A DNA stretch of 64,000 nt from Eledone cirrhosa (lineage: Eukaryota). Position 1 is the stretch's first letter, and the number at the start of each line of letters is the position of its first letter. The notes beneath the pieces are model-generated. The model was not told the DNA's origin, did not search any database, and saw nothing but the letters and a program-made list of their open reading frames with translations. This document shows, in pieces, positions 40,889 through 56,044 of this stretch. The position numbers and the translations under genes are program-made. The DNA lies in the NCBI GenBank assembly GCA_964016885.1, contig OZ024755.1, forward strand, positions 8,060,001 through 8,124,000. The letters are read 5' to 3'.

Positions 40889-41911
40889 CCTATGAAATTA
40901 TAACGTGGTAAAATATATGCAAAAATCAAACATATCTAGACATAAGCACATACATGTTATAACCACTATCGTTTTATTTCTCATACATACATATAATTGT
41001 CTCCACATATATCATATATGAATATACGATATACTTAGGGAGATGTGGCTGCAAAGAAAATGGTGCAGAAAACATGTTTAGAGGAAAACAAATATAAATT
41101 TCAACATATAATATAAATTCCGCGAATTTCCGCATCACTGTTTAACTTTGGATTTTGGGGCAGTCATTTCCAATCTCATTTCTATATATTATATCTCAAA
41201 CCCCTTTAACACTTTTGATACCAAATAAACCAAAACCAGTTCTGGTTCCACTAAACTACTCATTTTAAAGGATTTCTATCTTTCATCATTCTTTTATAAA
41301 AGAAACATATATTGAATTGCTATTTTAGTAATGAAATAATTAATAATTTAGAAAATCTCACAAAATTCTTCATTAAATATTTGAAATAGATTGTATTTCA
41401 TTATTAATAAACAATTATTAATATCGGTAGATTGGGTGTTGGGCTTTGGAGAAGGGAGTTCGTCGCAAAATTATGGGCGACTGAGAGGGCTTTTAGGGAA
41501 GGAATGACGCCAGATATTCACGGTCCCCGCTTTACCTCTACGGGTCTTGGAACAATGTACCAGCTCTCCCCTTCCATTACAGCTGCTCTATCGTTTAATT
41601 GTCGGGGCAATATAAGCATTTAAGTTTGAGAAAATCTAAGTTGTAAAAGTGATTTGGCACATTCTATAATGTCTGAACACGAAGCTCTCTCCCCCCCTCT
41701 CTCTCTCTATATATATATATACATGTTCTCTGCACCATTTTCTATACAGCCACATCTCTCTAAATATATCGTATATGCATATATGATATATGTAGAGACA
41801 AATTATATGTATGCATGAGAAATAAAACGATATAGTTTAGAACATGTATGTGTTTATGCCCAAATATGTTTAATTTTTCGCATATATTTTACCTCGTTAC
41901 GACTTCATAGG
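40889..41911. mobile_element. Non-autonomous element with ~190-bp diverged inverted repeats and a nested MITE
   Basis: 40889-41077 is the reverse complement of 41721-41911. Confidence 0.65.
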
Positions 41912-43254
41912 TATGTATGTATATCAAAACAATACTGATATTATATATATATATATTGGCCAAATAAATATCGTTCACTAGTTCACCGTAAATACTTTGG
42001 TGGAAGTAACATTCGTACCTTAAAAAGCTGTATCTTGTTAACTGATATGTTTTTCATTGCATCCTCTGGAAGTTTGCGAAAAGCTTCTATTAAAGCTGTG
42101 GGTCTTCACACCAAATGTTGAAAAGACGTGCGTAGGCAGGAATGTACATGTCAGCATAAATTTGTAGATTTAGCAATTTGTTTAAACATAATGTAGAATT
42201 TATCTCTACTCCATCTAAAATAGTCAGATCACCCAACAATGAAATTCCACACTTAATTCATGCTTAATTCGGAATAGGTTGGATTAAACAGTGAATACCG
42301 CATGGCCGAATGTTTAAGGAGACCCGAACTCGATCCTACAAACTTAGCTTCAGGTTAACCCGTTAGATGTCAGGGAAATTAAGTAGACGGAAGCTGTTTG
42401 GAAGCTACAGTCGGATAAACTGTACCTATAAATCAAAGGGCCAGGCTTGTCACACAGTTTGTCACGCAGAATCAATTTATGAATATGCATCTGTAGAATG
42501 GTTAGCCATTTAAACCTTACTCTGATAAGCAACCCGTTTCGTTGTAGTTAGCTTGAAGCATTGTATATAATATATAATGTAGAAAGTGATATATATAATA
42601 AGAGTAATCAATTCAAAATGGACGGTAAGATGAAAGCTACGAAAAAGATAGTTACCTGGTTATCTTTGTTTTATTGTTTCTTTCGTCGTAATATTTCGGG
42701 ACTTAAAATTTCCTTCGTCAGGGTATAAGGAACTCTCATTGTTTGTGTGCTCTATCAGAATATTTTGTCATTTTGTGTTTCCTTTACTGTTATCAAAGAA
42801 TGTATGGAAAACAGAGATCATTAGGTGAGTTGCCTGCATATGGTAGGGTAGAAAATGTATGAAGAATGGTTAGAGCACTCAACATTTCTACTGAATCAGA
42901 AAAACATTATGGCGGCAGTAGTAGATTTTTGTGGTTTCTTCTTTGCATGTAGAGAAAACATATTTTTGAGTTCTCCTGTGTAGATTTTTATGTCTTGTCG
43001 ACCTCCAATGTAATGTTGAAATGTGAACTGGCGTAATGAAAGATTGTTGGATCGTATGACGGGATTGTGGCAACACTCAAATCATGGTCTATCAACAGTC
43101 TATTATTGCGACTACTTTATACGTCTAGTATTAACCAGAGTCAGCTCGTTGACACATGCACGCGCACACACAAATACAAACACACATACACATACACACA
43201 CACACAAACAATTTTATGTCAAATACAAGTGATGTCTACAGAACTAGCCTTGCT

Positions 43255-43400
43255 TTATTCTCGATGATTCTACCAAAGAATGAAACTACTAGTCTTGTAA
43301 AAGTTACATCTATTTGAAATAAAATTAAGTACCTTCTCTACATGATGTATTAAGTACCTTACTTTACATATGTTTTTCGTTCGTTCTTTAACGGAAAACC
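43255..43400 (+). mobile_element. Decayed family-2-like hammerhead element
   Basis: TCGATGA-TTCTACCAAAGAAT-GAAAC..CTAGTCTTGTA, and tail TGTATTAAGTACCTTAC, upstream of (TA)n. Confidence 0.5.
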
Positions 43401-43437
43401 TTTCTATTATTACATTTTTTAAAATTTACTCTGGACG

Positions 43438-43506
<69 letters not shown>

Positions 43507-43797
43507 AAATAACAGATTAAAGTTTAAGCAAAGAATCGCTGCTTTCACCCTTAATGGGATCTTCTGAAACTCTTTGGATTTTAGTCTTCACATTTATTTT
43601 GCCTTTCATCCTTACGGGGTCGATAAAATAAAGTACCAGTAATGCACTGGGTAATTGCTGGCCTTGTGCCTAAAGTAGAAACAATTATTATTAGGGAAAA
43701 TATCATTTTGGTCCATTGCTTTGTCTTAAGCAGGTGTTGCATTGGGAACATAACCTTATTGCTTAAGATGCTGGTTGATGATGTAGCGTTACCGGTT

Positions 43798-43895
<98 letters not shown>

Positions 43896-44056
43896 GTACA
43901 TGTAAAAAGAAATTAACACAGATAAGCAATACAGTATTCTTAAGTAAATATCTTGTTAAGTCAACGACCACTGTATTCTGAAACAGTCCTTATAATAGGT
44001 TACTCTGACTTTGAACTAGAGAAACCGAAAACGATATCACGTATATATATATATAT

Positions 44057-44240
44057 GAAAATGTTTAACCCCGACGGCAGAGCTCAAGCCGTTTCAACGG
44101 CTATTTCAGAAATAGCCGTCGAAACGGCTTGAGCTCTGCCGTCGGAGTTAAACATTTTCCTATTTCCCACTCTACTACCCTAAGTATTGAGTACTCTGGT
44201 GCGTTATGGTCCATCTGGTTCCTTAACACACTTCCTTCGT
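44057..44240 (+). mobile_element. Fold-back hammerhead-half element (family 1)
   Basis: ~51-bp arms 44057-44107/44109-44159; same tail as 1911-2080; in (TA)n. Confidence 0.62.
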
Positions 44241-44257
44241 GAGAGATATATATATGC

Positions 44258-44324
<67 letters not shown>

Positions 44325-44610
44325 GAAGTTATATTTAATTTGTTGGGATACCAACAAACTTAAAAGTTTATAACTGATATAGAGCACTCAACAAGTTACC
44401 GGAGGAAATATTCAATATATTAATAAATGGAAACTATATTTATAAAACCATAATTATTTTATTATATATATTTCAAGGGCGACCAAGCCAGCCTTGGTGC
44501 GCTTTCATCAGATAAAATACAAAATTTGTTTTATAAATAGTGACATAACCATGGAAAACAACCTTGACGGTTGAAAATTCGCTGGATAGTATATATAGTA
44601 TATATATATC

Positions 44611-44670
<60 letters not shown>

Positions 44671-45099
44671 GTGTCTGCGTGTGATATACAAAACTAGTGA
44701 CATACACACACTCATATATTGTGTTTTAAGTTTCTTCTATGATATTACATTTTATTAATGTTCGCACCACGAATCTGTAGATTTAAAGATTAATAATTTA
44801 CGAGGTGGCAGCGTAAGAATGACGAGGCTGGCATATATTTATGCTAATAAAAGTGGGAAACAATCAGATAATGAGTATAAAGAATTTCAAATATTGTGCA
44901 CATGTAGTAATGAAATCTTTAACTTCCTGTAATGTAGGATTAAAAATATGTCTGGCCACATGTTCACGATGCCGCACTATAAACATGATACATGTATACA
45001 TACATACATACATACATACATACATACATACATTTATACATACATACATACATACATACATACATACATACATACATACATACATACATACATACATAC

Positions 45100-45676
45100 A
45101 TGGTGGCTGCCAACTCGTTTTCGAGTACGGCCACTACTTTATATCCATGTAGGAGAACCCCTACCGATGCCCTGAACAAGTGTGACTTTTTAGTCCAGCC
45201 AGTGACTTGAAAACTCTGGTACAAACACTACACCTGTGACAATTATTGACACATAGTGCTGGGCCCATGGTACCATGTGACGACAAGTGCAGAGAGATCT
45301 CCAGATATAAAGCAATGCCTGTGCCGTGAAGCTTTTATAGTGAGCAAAGGCATTGCACAAAGCCAGTCCCACTCTCTTAACCAAGATGATATTTACCAAA
45401 AAGAAGAACAAGTCAACATCATTGGATACCATCAGGGTTGCAGGTGTTATATCAGAGTTTTCCTTCTCCTAGAATTCTGCCTTGACAAAGGCTAAGGGGT
45501 CATCTCTCCCGGTGATTTTGGATGGCCATTGACTCTTAAGAGCTCCTTTGCCCTTTGACAGGTTTTGTTTTTAGTCCTGCAGGATGTCCAAAGTCACCCT
45601 CCTCACCAAGAAACCTTGGTGGGGTTGCCAGTTTAGTCGCCAACGACCCGACCATGAGACAGGTTGTACTGGGATA
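45100..45676 (-). mobile_element. Non-autonomous RTE-like retroelement, copy 3
   Basis: Near-identical to copies 1 and 2; (TACA)n on both sides. Confidence 0.75.
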
Positions 45677-46323
45677 CATACATACATACATTTATACATA
45701 CATACATATATACATACATACATATATACATACTTACATATATATACATACATACATACATACATACATACATACATACATTTATACATACATACATATA
45801 TACATACTTACATATATATATATACATACATATATACATACATATATACATACATACATACATGTGTGCATCCATACATAATACAACTATATACATACAT
45901 ACATACATACATGTGTGTATGCATACATAATACAATTATATATAGATACACACATGTATGTATACATAATACAAACACATATACAAATCATATACATATA
46001 TGTATGCATACATACAAACATACGAACATAGATACATACATGCATACATGCATACATACACGTATGTATGCATATATACAAACTTATATGCATACATACT
46101 TGCGTACATACATGCATATATACATACATACAAGCATATATACATAACATAATCATATATACAAACATATATACATAAAAACATACAAATAAATATGTTC
46201 GCATGTATGTACATAAATATATACATGCATATATACATACATATATATACATGCATATATGCATACAAAATTACACACACACAAAGACACATTCATGTTT
46301 ACGAGTGTGTTTGTGTGTGTTTG

Positions 46324-46397
<74 letters not shown>

Positions 46398-46905
46398 TGT
46401 GTGTGTTTCTGAAGGTACCTCGTATAGTAGTTAGGGATATTCGGTTTACGGTAAGGTCATGGCAGCGATTCATTGTGGCATATTGTATCCTTGAGCAAGA
46501 CACTTTATTTTCCGTTGTTCCAGTCCATTTAAGTTGGAAAAAAGATTTGTGAGCCGGTGATTCACAGGACCAGACTCGTTACATACTGAGTAAGTGTCAA
46601 TCTCCCTGTTAAGGCTACACGTGTCAGTGGAATGCTTTGCCACTCACTCATTAATTCCACAAGCAGGGTGTTTCGTTGGTGAAACAATGGTAACACTCCT
46701 CTTCGAGGTCACAAGTGGTCCAACACACACACACATGCATACACACATAGACACTCACACGCACACATACAGACACACTCACATATCCGTTAAGCATACT
46801 TGTGCAGACACATGCATATTTACATATACTTAGACAATCATAGATATGAAATATCTATCCGGTATTTATTACATTAACACATGTGATAATTATTTGTAAA
46901 CACTT

Positions 46906-46985
<80 letters not shown>

Positions 46986-46997
46986 TGTATATATATA

Positions 46998-47134
<137 letters not shown>

Positions 47135-47274
47135 CTGTTTCTACTTTAGGCACAAGGCCAGCAATTACCCAGTGCATTACTGGTACTTTATTTTATCGAC
47201 CCCGTAAGGATGAAAGGCAAAGTCAACCTCGGCGGGATTTGAACTCAGATCGTAAAGGGATATATATATATATA

Positions 47275-47750
47275 TAACGGCGATGAATTAGTTTTGCGAG
47301 GTTTTTGATATGAAATCGTGTGTCGAAACAAATATTGTTATACTTGGGGAGAGTCATATTTGTGTAATATTGCCAGAATTAATAACAGAACACACTCACT
47401 GTTTCGTTGGTTTTCGCTTTTCGCTTCTGTGTCTTTTATATCGGTCCTCAATGTTGCCATAGACTGACCAACGGTCAAAAATTATACAGAAACAATAGCA
47501 CCATTGACGATGTTGCAGATGTGCAACGAAAGAACTTTGATAAACTATATATATGTGTTTGTGTCTATATTGTATCTGTATTATTTTTGACCGTTGGTCA
47601 GTCAATGGCAACATTGAGGACCAAATAAATTAGATTACCGATATAAAAGACACAGAAGCGAAAAGCGAAAACCAACCGAACAGTGAGTGTGTTCTGTTAT
47701 TAATTATGGCAATATTACACAAATATGACCCTCCCCAAGTATAACAATAT
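47275..47750. mobile_element. Fold-back/MITE with ~165-bp inverted arms in (TA)n
   Basis: 47332-47497 is the reverse complement of 47568-47750 apart from a short indel. Confidence 0.7.
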
Positions 47751-47804
47751 ATATATATATATATATGAATGAAAAATGGCGTGCTGCGTTATATATATAA
47801 TATA

Positions 47805-47872
<68 letters not shown>

Positions 47873-49985
47873 TATACATACATATATATATGGATATATA
47901 TATGTGTGTGTGTATAGTATGCACACGTTTTGTATATGTACTTTTGTTTGTATGAATATGTACGTATGTGTCTGTATTTCGTGTGCGCATGTGTATTTAT
48001 GTGTGTGTGTATGTGTATATTTGTGTGCATGTGTGTGTATTTATGTGTGTGTGTGCGTGTATTTGTATGTGTGTGCTTGTGGGTGTCACTGTTTGATTAT
48101 GTGTGTGTTATTTATCTAAAATTTGAGGAATTGAAATAACAAATCTCTGTTATTGCTTCCAGAGATTAAATGTTATTGTTTAACCCTATGCCTCTTCTAC
48201 CTAATATCAAATGCACCCCAGGCATAACCATGCTGACCTTTTAGAAGCGGTGGTAGGGAGGACTAAATTATTCAACATGTGCTTTCCTTTTCCATAAGAA
48301 ATGGATGTAAAGTGAGAGAATCCAGTCACTCTTTCTAGCAAAACAAGCGACTACATAGAGGTTTCCACGTTGGCTTGTCAGCTATTAAATTTATTTGACA
48401 TGTAAGATTTAGCAGATACGACTGACATCTGAAAAAACGATTAGATGGAATTACACAAACACCACATAGAGCTAGTAAAGGAACGGTCTTTATATATATA
48501 AATACTTTATAATCGGCAAAGCATAGCCAGTGAGACTTTAATATTCTTAAATGACGACTATGAAAATATTAATAGAAATCTCCTGAAGATAATTCAAAAT
48601 GCAGTATTGAATATGGTGACCCCGCCCGCCAAAGTTCTCAACATTTAAATATGGCTGAATTTATAAAACATAAATACTTCTTTTTTTTATAAACGCAATT
48701 TTGTTTAACTATGACAATCGATCGACTTTTGTCAAATCGAACGGAGGAAACAATGTTTCCGTTGGTCTTTCCAATTGCTAATATCGGTCACAAAACCAGG
48801 TAGAAGGAGCAACATAAAATAAAGTGTTTTGCGCAAGGACATAACGCATCGCCCGGTCCAGGATTCGAACTCACAACCTCACGATTGCGATTCCAATTCT
48901 CTTACCACTCAGCCACGCGCCTTCACTATTTAGGTATATGCGTGGCATATTGGTTGTGGTGTTGGTTTCATGACGATAAACTCGTGGGGTTGATTCCTTG
49001 AGTGGACACCGTGCTGTGGTTTAAAGCAAAATATTCTATTTAGCGTTGCTTCTTTCTTCTGGCAGGTGTTACGACCGTAGATAGTGTCAGTAATAGAAAG
49101 ACAAATAGAAACATTGTTTCCTTGGTCCGATCTGATGATTGACTCTTTTCCTTAGTTTAATTAAAATGGTCATACGTCTTGACCTTCGTGTATTTGAGCC
49201 ACTTAAATACTATTGCGGAGCCATGGTCAACAAGATGGAACTACATCCGCTGTCTAGCCACCTTCGGCAATGCCCTCAAAAGGAACCTTGACACAGTTGG
49301 TTTTCCGTCACAGCTAGAGATTTTCTCATATTCTGTCTGCAAACTATTAAACATTCAAGGGAAATGTACCTAAATGTTACAGTCCTTCCCATCCCTTTGG
49401 AATTACATTCCTTCTCCTTACTTCCGCTTTTTATTTTTTTTGTAATTCTATTTAGGTTCTCAAGATCTGCTGTTCATGCAAATGTATTTAGGTTTTCACT
49501 GCTATTATCATTTCCTTAATCATAATATAATTCTCTGCTTATGATGATCTTATTTCCCCCGTCACTGTTGTTACTGATGAGGTGTATTTTAAATGTGTCT
49601 ATATGAAGATTATATATATTTGCTACTATAATGTTTATGATTTATAAAAGAAATACATTATATATATATAAAAAAAAAGAATCAGTAAGAAGAAATAAAG
49701 GGGAGAAGGCATACACACTCAATTACACATTAAAACAGGGACCGGTGGTGTGTTTCTTTTGAAGTATGCCATGGCACTCAGGGCATTAATATTCTTTTAA
49801 TTTTTCTTTTTATATTATCATAGTCCATGTTATTGTTACTAAAAATATTAACGTTGTTATTGTTATTTTGGCAAATGTTATCAATTCATAAAATGTCTTC
49901 ATATTATTTTTTATCTTCCTCTATAAGAAGAAGGTTGATAAAATTTCGTGAATCATTTCCTTCAGTGATAAATGTTAACGTATTG

Positions 49986-50582
49986 CAGACCTGCCAACCT
50001 CTAAAAATCTAAACAGGGTGTACCATGAAAATAAGTGCTCCAAAACAGGGAGATTTTACATAATGAAAGCTATACCCATTTTCACGAGAGAAGACATGTA
50101 AACTCTCCCCATTGGACGGAGAGAATTTACAGGTCTACCATTAACCCGTTTGATACCAATCCGCCCCAAACAAGTTCTGACTCTATGAAACAAAAACACC
50201 AATTTCAAAGAGATCCTATTTAAATTAATATCTTCCAACGCAATTTTATATTTATATAAGAATCATATGTTAAATTATTATCATAGTAAATAAATAAATA
50301 ATAAGACCTGTTAACTCTCCCCTCCGACGGGGAGATCTCCCACCCACTTTGGGATGGGTGAGAGATGTCTTCTCTTGTGAAAATGGGTATAGCTTTCATT
50401 ATGTAAAATCTCCCAATTTTGCCTCATTTCTCCCTGTTTTGGGGCACTTTTTTTCATGGCACTCCGCGCCTGGGTTTTTAGAGGTTGGCAGGTCTGATTT
50501 GAGTTAGTAAATCCATTAAAGTCTTAATTATTCAATTGAAATAGTATGTATTTCATTAGTAATGGGATCACGAAAGGGTTAA
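49986..50582. mobile_element. Nested MITE cluster: two AGACCTG-ended MITEs and a piggyBac-type MITE
   Basis: 49986-50136 and 50304-50495 are inverted copies; the second interrupts TTAA-CCC...AAAGGG-TTAA (50141-50582). Confidence 0.6.
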
Positions 50583-50996
50583 AGACAGAATTCTCCCCTT
50601 CATAGATAAAATGTAACTAATTGATACAACAACAACAATAGACAGGACAAATCTAATTCACGTTAAAAACAACAGACAGACATAAAAGTGCAAAGTAGTT
50701 TTATTCATATTTTTCTTTAACGTTTTAAACTATAAAAAAACTTTTATTTCAAAATGAATGGTAAATGAAAGTTCCTTTTACAAATAAACAGAAGAAAGAA
50801 ATAAAGGAGACAATGATTGAGAGAGGGGAGAGAGGAGAGGGAATGGGAAAGAGAGTGGGGTGAGTGGAGGAGAGAGGGAGAGAGGGGAGAGAAGGAGGAA
50901 ATGGGGAAGAGAGTGGGGTGAGTGGAGGAGAGAAGAAGGGAAAGAGATAGAGAGAGGGAGGGTAAGGGTAAGACGGAGTAAGAACGAGATAGAAGC

Positions 50997-51034
<38 letters not shown>

Positions 51035-51153
51035 GGTAATAAGGAACATAGAGATAGCTAGCTAGCTAGCTAGCTAGCTAGATAGAGAGAGAGAGAGATG
51101 GAGTGAAAGAATGGAAGAGAGAGAAAGAGAGAGATAGAGAGATGTAGTGAAAG

Positions 51154-51188
<35 letters not shown>

Positions 51189-51609
51189 TAGTGAAAGAAT
51201 GGGAGAGAGAGAAAGAGATGTAGATTGAGAGAGATTAGGAGAGAGAGAGATGAAATACAGGGACTTCCTGAGAAAGCATCATATACAGTTTGAGTGAGAT
51301 AAAAACAAAAGGAAACCCAAACAAAGAGGAAAGTGGAAGGAAGATTGGTTGACAAAATAATTGATTGTTTAGACTATTTCTTTAACATTCTTCCTGGCTC
51401 GTCTTGCTACGATCGTTGCTTTTTGCAATTGTCTCTATTTAGTCGAATTCCATAAAGACAACACTTTTACTATCGTCTTTAGTTTTATTATAAATGCTGT
51501 TGTTAGTTTGTTTAAAACTGAATATTTTCATTTTAAAAACGATGATTCTTTTTTTTCAATAGATAGTTTTTCTTGGTTATATGATTGTTCATTGTTTCTA
51601 TATAGATAA

Positions 51610-52214
51610 TCAGACGTGATGGCTATTCGGGAATTTCATATTACCATTGCCATTACAGAGAGCGCGGAACTGATACGGTGATAGTTTTATTCTTGATACA
51701 AGTTCTTCGTAAGTTGGTATTTCAAAAATATGGTGACCAGATGGGTCACTTGTGATTGAATTGAGGAGGTCTGTGTATGGCCAATTTTCACTGCCAATAC
51801 TAATTAAGAATAGTTCTGCTCCCTGCATCTTCAGTTTTTCTATCTCTTCTATCAATGACCTTGTAATAGAAGCTGCTGATGGTTCTAAGAAAAGAGCGAC
51901 AACCTGTTTCAACATTTGCCCAAAGAATCTACTATGCAGAGCAGATCTGTACATGTCATAACGTATCCGACGCACTGTATCTTCTAAAGAAGGAAAGGTT
52001 AATTTAGTCATTCTGAAATTTTTCGGTGGTTGCCCACTGATGTCCTTTGGCATTGTACTTAGGGGTACATTCAGGTTTTCAGGGCAATAAGCTTGTGATA
52101 CAACAGTAAACTGATCATAACCAGACGTTGGTAGGAAGTTGGCGATAAAATCGTAGACCATCTGTGATTTATACTGACCGAAGTTGAACAAATCAAACCC
52201 AAATGCAATCGAAC
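51610..52214 (-). CDS. Gene A last exon: divergent VWA-like domain
   Basis: TTTCAG acceptor, phase 1; SIAFGFDLFNFG..VVALFLEPS..GAELFLISIG..TSDPSGHHIFEIPTYEEL; TGA at 51610-51612. Confidence 0.88.
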
Positions 52215-53829
52215 CTGAAATGTCATAAAATATATAAAAAAAATGAAACAGTGACAGGCATAACAAACAAATTTACAGTTGCGAGATTAAAATAATGGCA
52301 CAAGGCCAGCCATTTTTGGGGAGGGGAAAGTCGATTAAATCGACCCCAGTGCGTGACTGGTACTTTATTTTATCCACTCCGTAAGGATGTAAGGCAAAGT
52401 TAACCTCGGCGGGATTTGAAGTCAGATCAAAAACTCTATGCTGCGAGATTGAAATAATGCTATGGGTAAATGAATTACACTGGATGTATCGATGGACCTC
52501 CGTCAGTTCCGACGAGGAATATTCCAGTTGTTCAATAAATGGAAAAGCCTGCTCATGAAATTAACATGTAAGTGACTGAGCAGCCCATTAACACTTGCAC
52601 CCATAACGAAATTCTCAGAAAGATTAAACGTGACAGAGCTGACACCTTCAATTTACACAGTAAGTTCATCTGACAGGTTTCTAAATAGTTTTCACCTATG
52701 AAATGTCACTCACAATGCAGAGATCATCTCGTGGTTATGGTAAATAACACTTGCTCATGATGCCATGCAATGGAATCGAACACAGGACCCAATGTTTAAG
52801 AAGTGAACTCCTTAACTATTAGGCTATGCTGTGTCCACAGTATATAGCAACTTGTGCATCAATATGCATAAACAAAGACATTCTGGAGACTTTACGAAAA
52901 TATTTTAAAAGGTTTTTCGGTAAATAAAGCAGCTTATTTCAAACATTATATGCTACGTAAATGTAATTTTATCCAGAAGGAGGTATGTAGGTTTGTCTGT
53001 AAGAGAGTACAGAGATGGTGTGTGTGTGTTTATGGTAAACGAAAAAAGAAGTGGTGTTGGTAGTAATAATAGTGGTGATGGTAGTGGTGGTGGTAGAAGT
53101 AGTAGTAGTGGTGGTGATAGAAGTAGTAGTGGTGATGGTAGTATGTGTCTTTGCGGAAAAGGGCATACAGATATATGTTTGTTATTAACCATATGCAGGC
53201 TATCGTTTGCAGTTTTCAGTTGTATGAGCATGGGACTTCTTGTATTCACTTGAATCTCGTTTAGTAAACTTGGTGTTTTTCTAGTCACAGATAAAGTAGA
53301 ATTACTATCAAAGATATTCAGTACTGTGACAATCATGTGTTTTTAGAAATATATAAGACTAAATTAGCTACTGAATCCTTTGTTTTTCTAAGATGGTAGA
53401 GGGTGATTTGTTTGATATTTAGCTGTTATTTCTAAGCAGGTCAAGTGACTATGTTAGGTTCCAACGCGGGGGCGTATGTTTTTATCTGTTGAGCGATAAG
53501 TTCGCTTTAAATTACAAACGAGGGTAAAAATTGTAATCTAATTGTAGAAGTATTAATCTCTACAAGTGACGGGTATTAAATAGCCATTATGAATAGATCC
53601 TTGGATTACTGTCATGAACGTGATCTCTGCTTGTGTTTCAAAAATTCGTTTAAAATATGTATTTCTAGCTTGGTCTAGAGGAAATGGTTGTGCCCATAGC
53701 ATTCAATACTCCACATCCCTCAACACCAATGAGGTCCATACAAATTAGGTTAATACGGTTCTGAAATTTACTGCTCTGTTCTGTTCATACGTATAGCAAT
53801 AACACGCATTGTCGAAACCGACAGTCGAT

Positions 53830-54270
53830 CGGTAGAAGGTCGGATGCCATGCTTTGCAGCATAGAGTTACGGCCCTTTACGTTTTGAGTTCAAATACCAC
53901 CGAGGTTAACTTTGCCTTTCATCCTTACGGAGTCGATAAAATAAAGTACCAGTAATGCGCTAGGGTATTGTTGGCCTTGTGCCAAAAGTAGAAACAATTA
54001 TTATACTAAGAATAAAGTAATGTACTGAGATAATTGCTGGCCTTGTGCTAAAATTAGAAACCATTATTATACTAAGAATGGCGGTGGATTAGCAGCATCG
54101 GTAGAGAGTCGGACACCATGCTTTGCAGAATAGAGTTACGGCCCTTTACGGTCTGAGTTCAAATACCACCGAGGTTAACTTTGCCATTCATCCTTACGGG
54201 GTTGATAAAATAAAGTACCAGTAATACACTGGGTTATTGCTGGCCTTGTGCCAAAAGTAGAAAGAATTAT
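53830..54270 (+). mobile_element. Tandem SINE copies
   Basis: Two near-full copies (~53830-54000 and ~54080-54270) plus a duplicated tail. Confidence 0.8.
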
Positions 54271-55114
54271 TATATTAAGAATATATTAATAATAATAAAT
54301 TATTACTACGTAAATGTAGTCTTATCTAAATGGTTAGGCTATCTAAACATACGTGTGAGAAAATGTGGGAATATTTGTGCATACGTATAATTTTGTCATT
54401 TAAGCCTCTAAACAATTTAATTTCGCCTATTTATATCAGAAATATTTATTTCTAGCACAGAAATAAAATACATGTCTACTGAAACTATTAATACTTCAAT
54501 GATATATAATATTCGTGTCGTTGAATAATTATTTATAATAATCCCCAAAATAAATGATCTGGTGAAAGTATTAGTTTCAAAATGAAATGGGTAGCGTCTG
54601 TGTTTCTTTAAATTCCATTCTCATGGTCACCCATTTCTCATCTGTATAGCAACAGCAAATATTTCTAGTTGCTCTGATCCAAAGTCCTTCTCCTTTAGTC
54701 TTTTAAATACATTTATTTCGCTTACTGCTCTACGAATTCCTTCAGGAACCAAAAACCTTTTGACAGTATCTCTTCTTGCATTGGAGATATGCACCTCACT
54801 CTTAGCTAAAGTCATCGTTGTAGGTCACTTCAACTCACCCAATACGTCTACCTTCATACAATGTAATTAATAAATTAGTATCACACCTTTAATGATTCCT
54901 ATTCATTAAGTATGAGGCTATATTTGTGTCAGCCAGAAAAAGGTAGAATTAAAGAAATAACTTATCTATTTTTAGAGGAAGATAGTAAAATCGGTACGAT
55001 TGAAATTGGAGCAAAAAAGTTAGAGAACCAAATATGAAGTTTATAGTTAAGAGGGTGAAAGTATTTTTTAATGATTGGAAAAATAAAAACATCCAGCGAG
55101 AGGACTTGTGGCGT

Positions 55115-55430
55115 TTCACCTTCATGAAATATATATTATACACTTTACAGTTTAACCTTCATGAAATATATATACTACACTCTACAGTTTAACCTTCATG
55201 AAATATATATTATACACTCTTTACAGTTTAACTTTCATGAAATATATATATTCTACACTCTTTACTGTTTAATCTTCATGAAATATATATTCTACAGTCT
55301 TTACAGTTTAAATTTCATGAAATATATATTCTACACTCGATACACCTTCACCTTCATGAAATATATGTTCTACACTCGATATAGTTTCACCTACATGAAA
55401 TATACGAGTATATTATACACTCTTTACAGC
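55115..55430. repeat. ~39-40 bp minisatellite (~8 units)
   Basis: TTCATGAAATATATATTCTACACTCTTTACAGTTTAACC in tandem. Confidence 0.85.
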
Positions 55431-55509
55431 TTCCAATTAATTATATTGAAATTCGATTTTATTGTGCATAGGAAAGAGGGATTACAATTTGACCATTCAT
55501 GGTATAATT

Positions 55510-56044
55510 CAGAGGCTCCCAAATTGGGCGTTGCCACCGCCCGGGGGGGGGGGGGGGGGCATTGAGAAAATCCAGGAGGTGCTGAGGCCTAAGGACGCGG
55601 TGGAGGGCAGTAGAGATGATATAATAGTATATTTAATATCGAATGATACATATTATATATAAATATGAAATAAAAAATATATAATATTTATACATAGTAT
55701 GTATTATATTATTTATTGGATTGGCAGTATCTGTAGATAGTTGGACACCATGCTTTCCAGCATAAAGCTACGTTCCTTTACGGTCTGAGTTCAAATCCCG
55801 CCGAGGTTAGCTTTGCCTTTCATCCTTACGGAGTCGATAAAATAAAGTACCAGTAATGCACTGGGGTAATTGCTGGCCTTGTGCCAAAAGTAGAAACAAT
55901 TATATATAAATTAACGATTTTATTTACTATATATTATTTACAATTTACGTGTAGTCAGGTCTCTCTGGAAATAAGGGTGGAGGCGCTGATGATATTACGT
56001 GCCCATGAGGATGGTGCTGGCCCCCAAAAGTTTGAGAACCTCTG
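55510..56044. mobile_element. hAT non-autonomous transposon with a nested SINE (~55718-55900)
   Basis: TIRs CAGAGGCTCCCAAA / TTTGAGAACCTCTG; perfect 8-bp TSD GTATAATT (55502-55509, 56045-56052). Confidence 0.85.

Noticed and set aside
42655-42730. Minus-strand CTGACGA..GAAA hammerhead-like core
   Set aside because: No convincing stem III, NUH triplet or stem I closure
52953-53336. Thr-rich ORFs as an extra gene A linker exon
   Set aside because: A (GTA/GTG)n simple repeat without convincing in-phase splice sites
54627-54815. 62-aa protein-like ORF in a gene A intron
   Set aside because: No recognisable domain or splice context
55115-55430. CRISPR-like periodicity
   Set aside because: No unique spacers, eukaryotic context and no cas genes; it is a minisatellite
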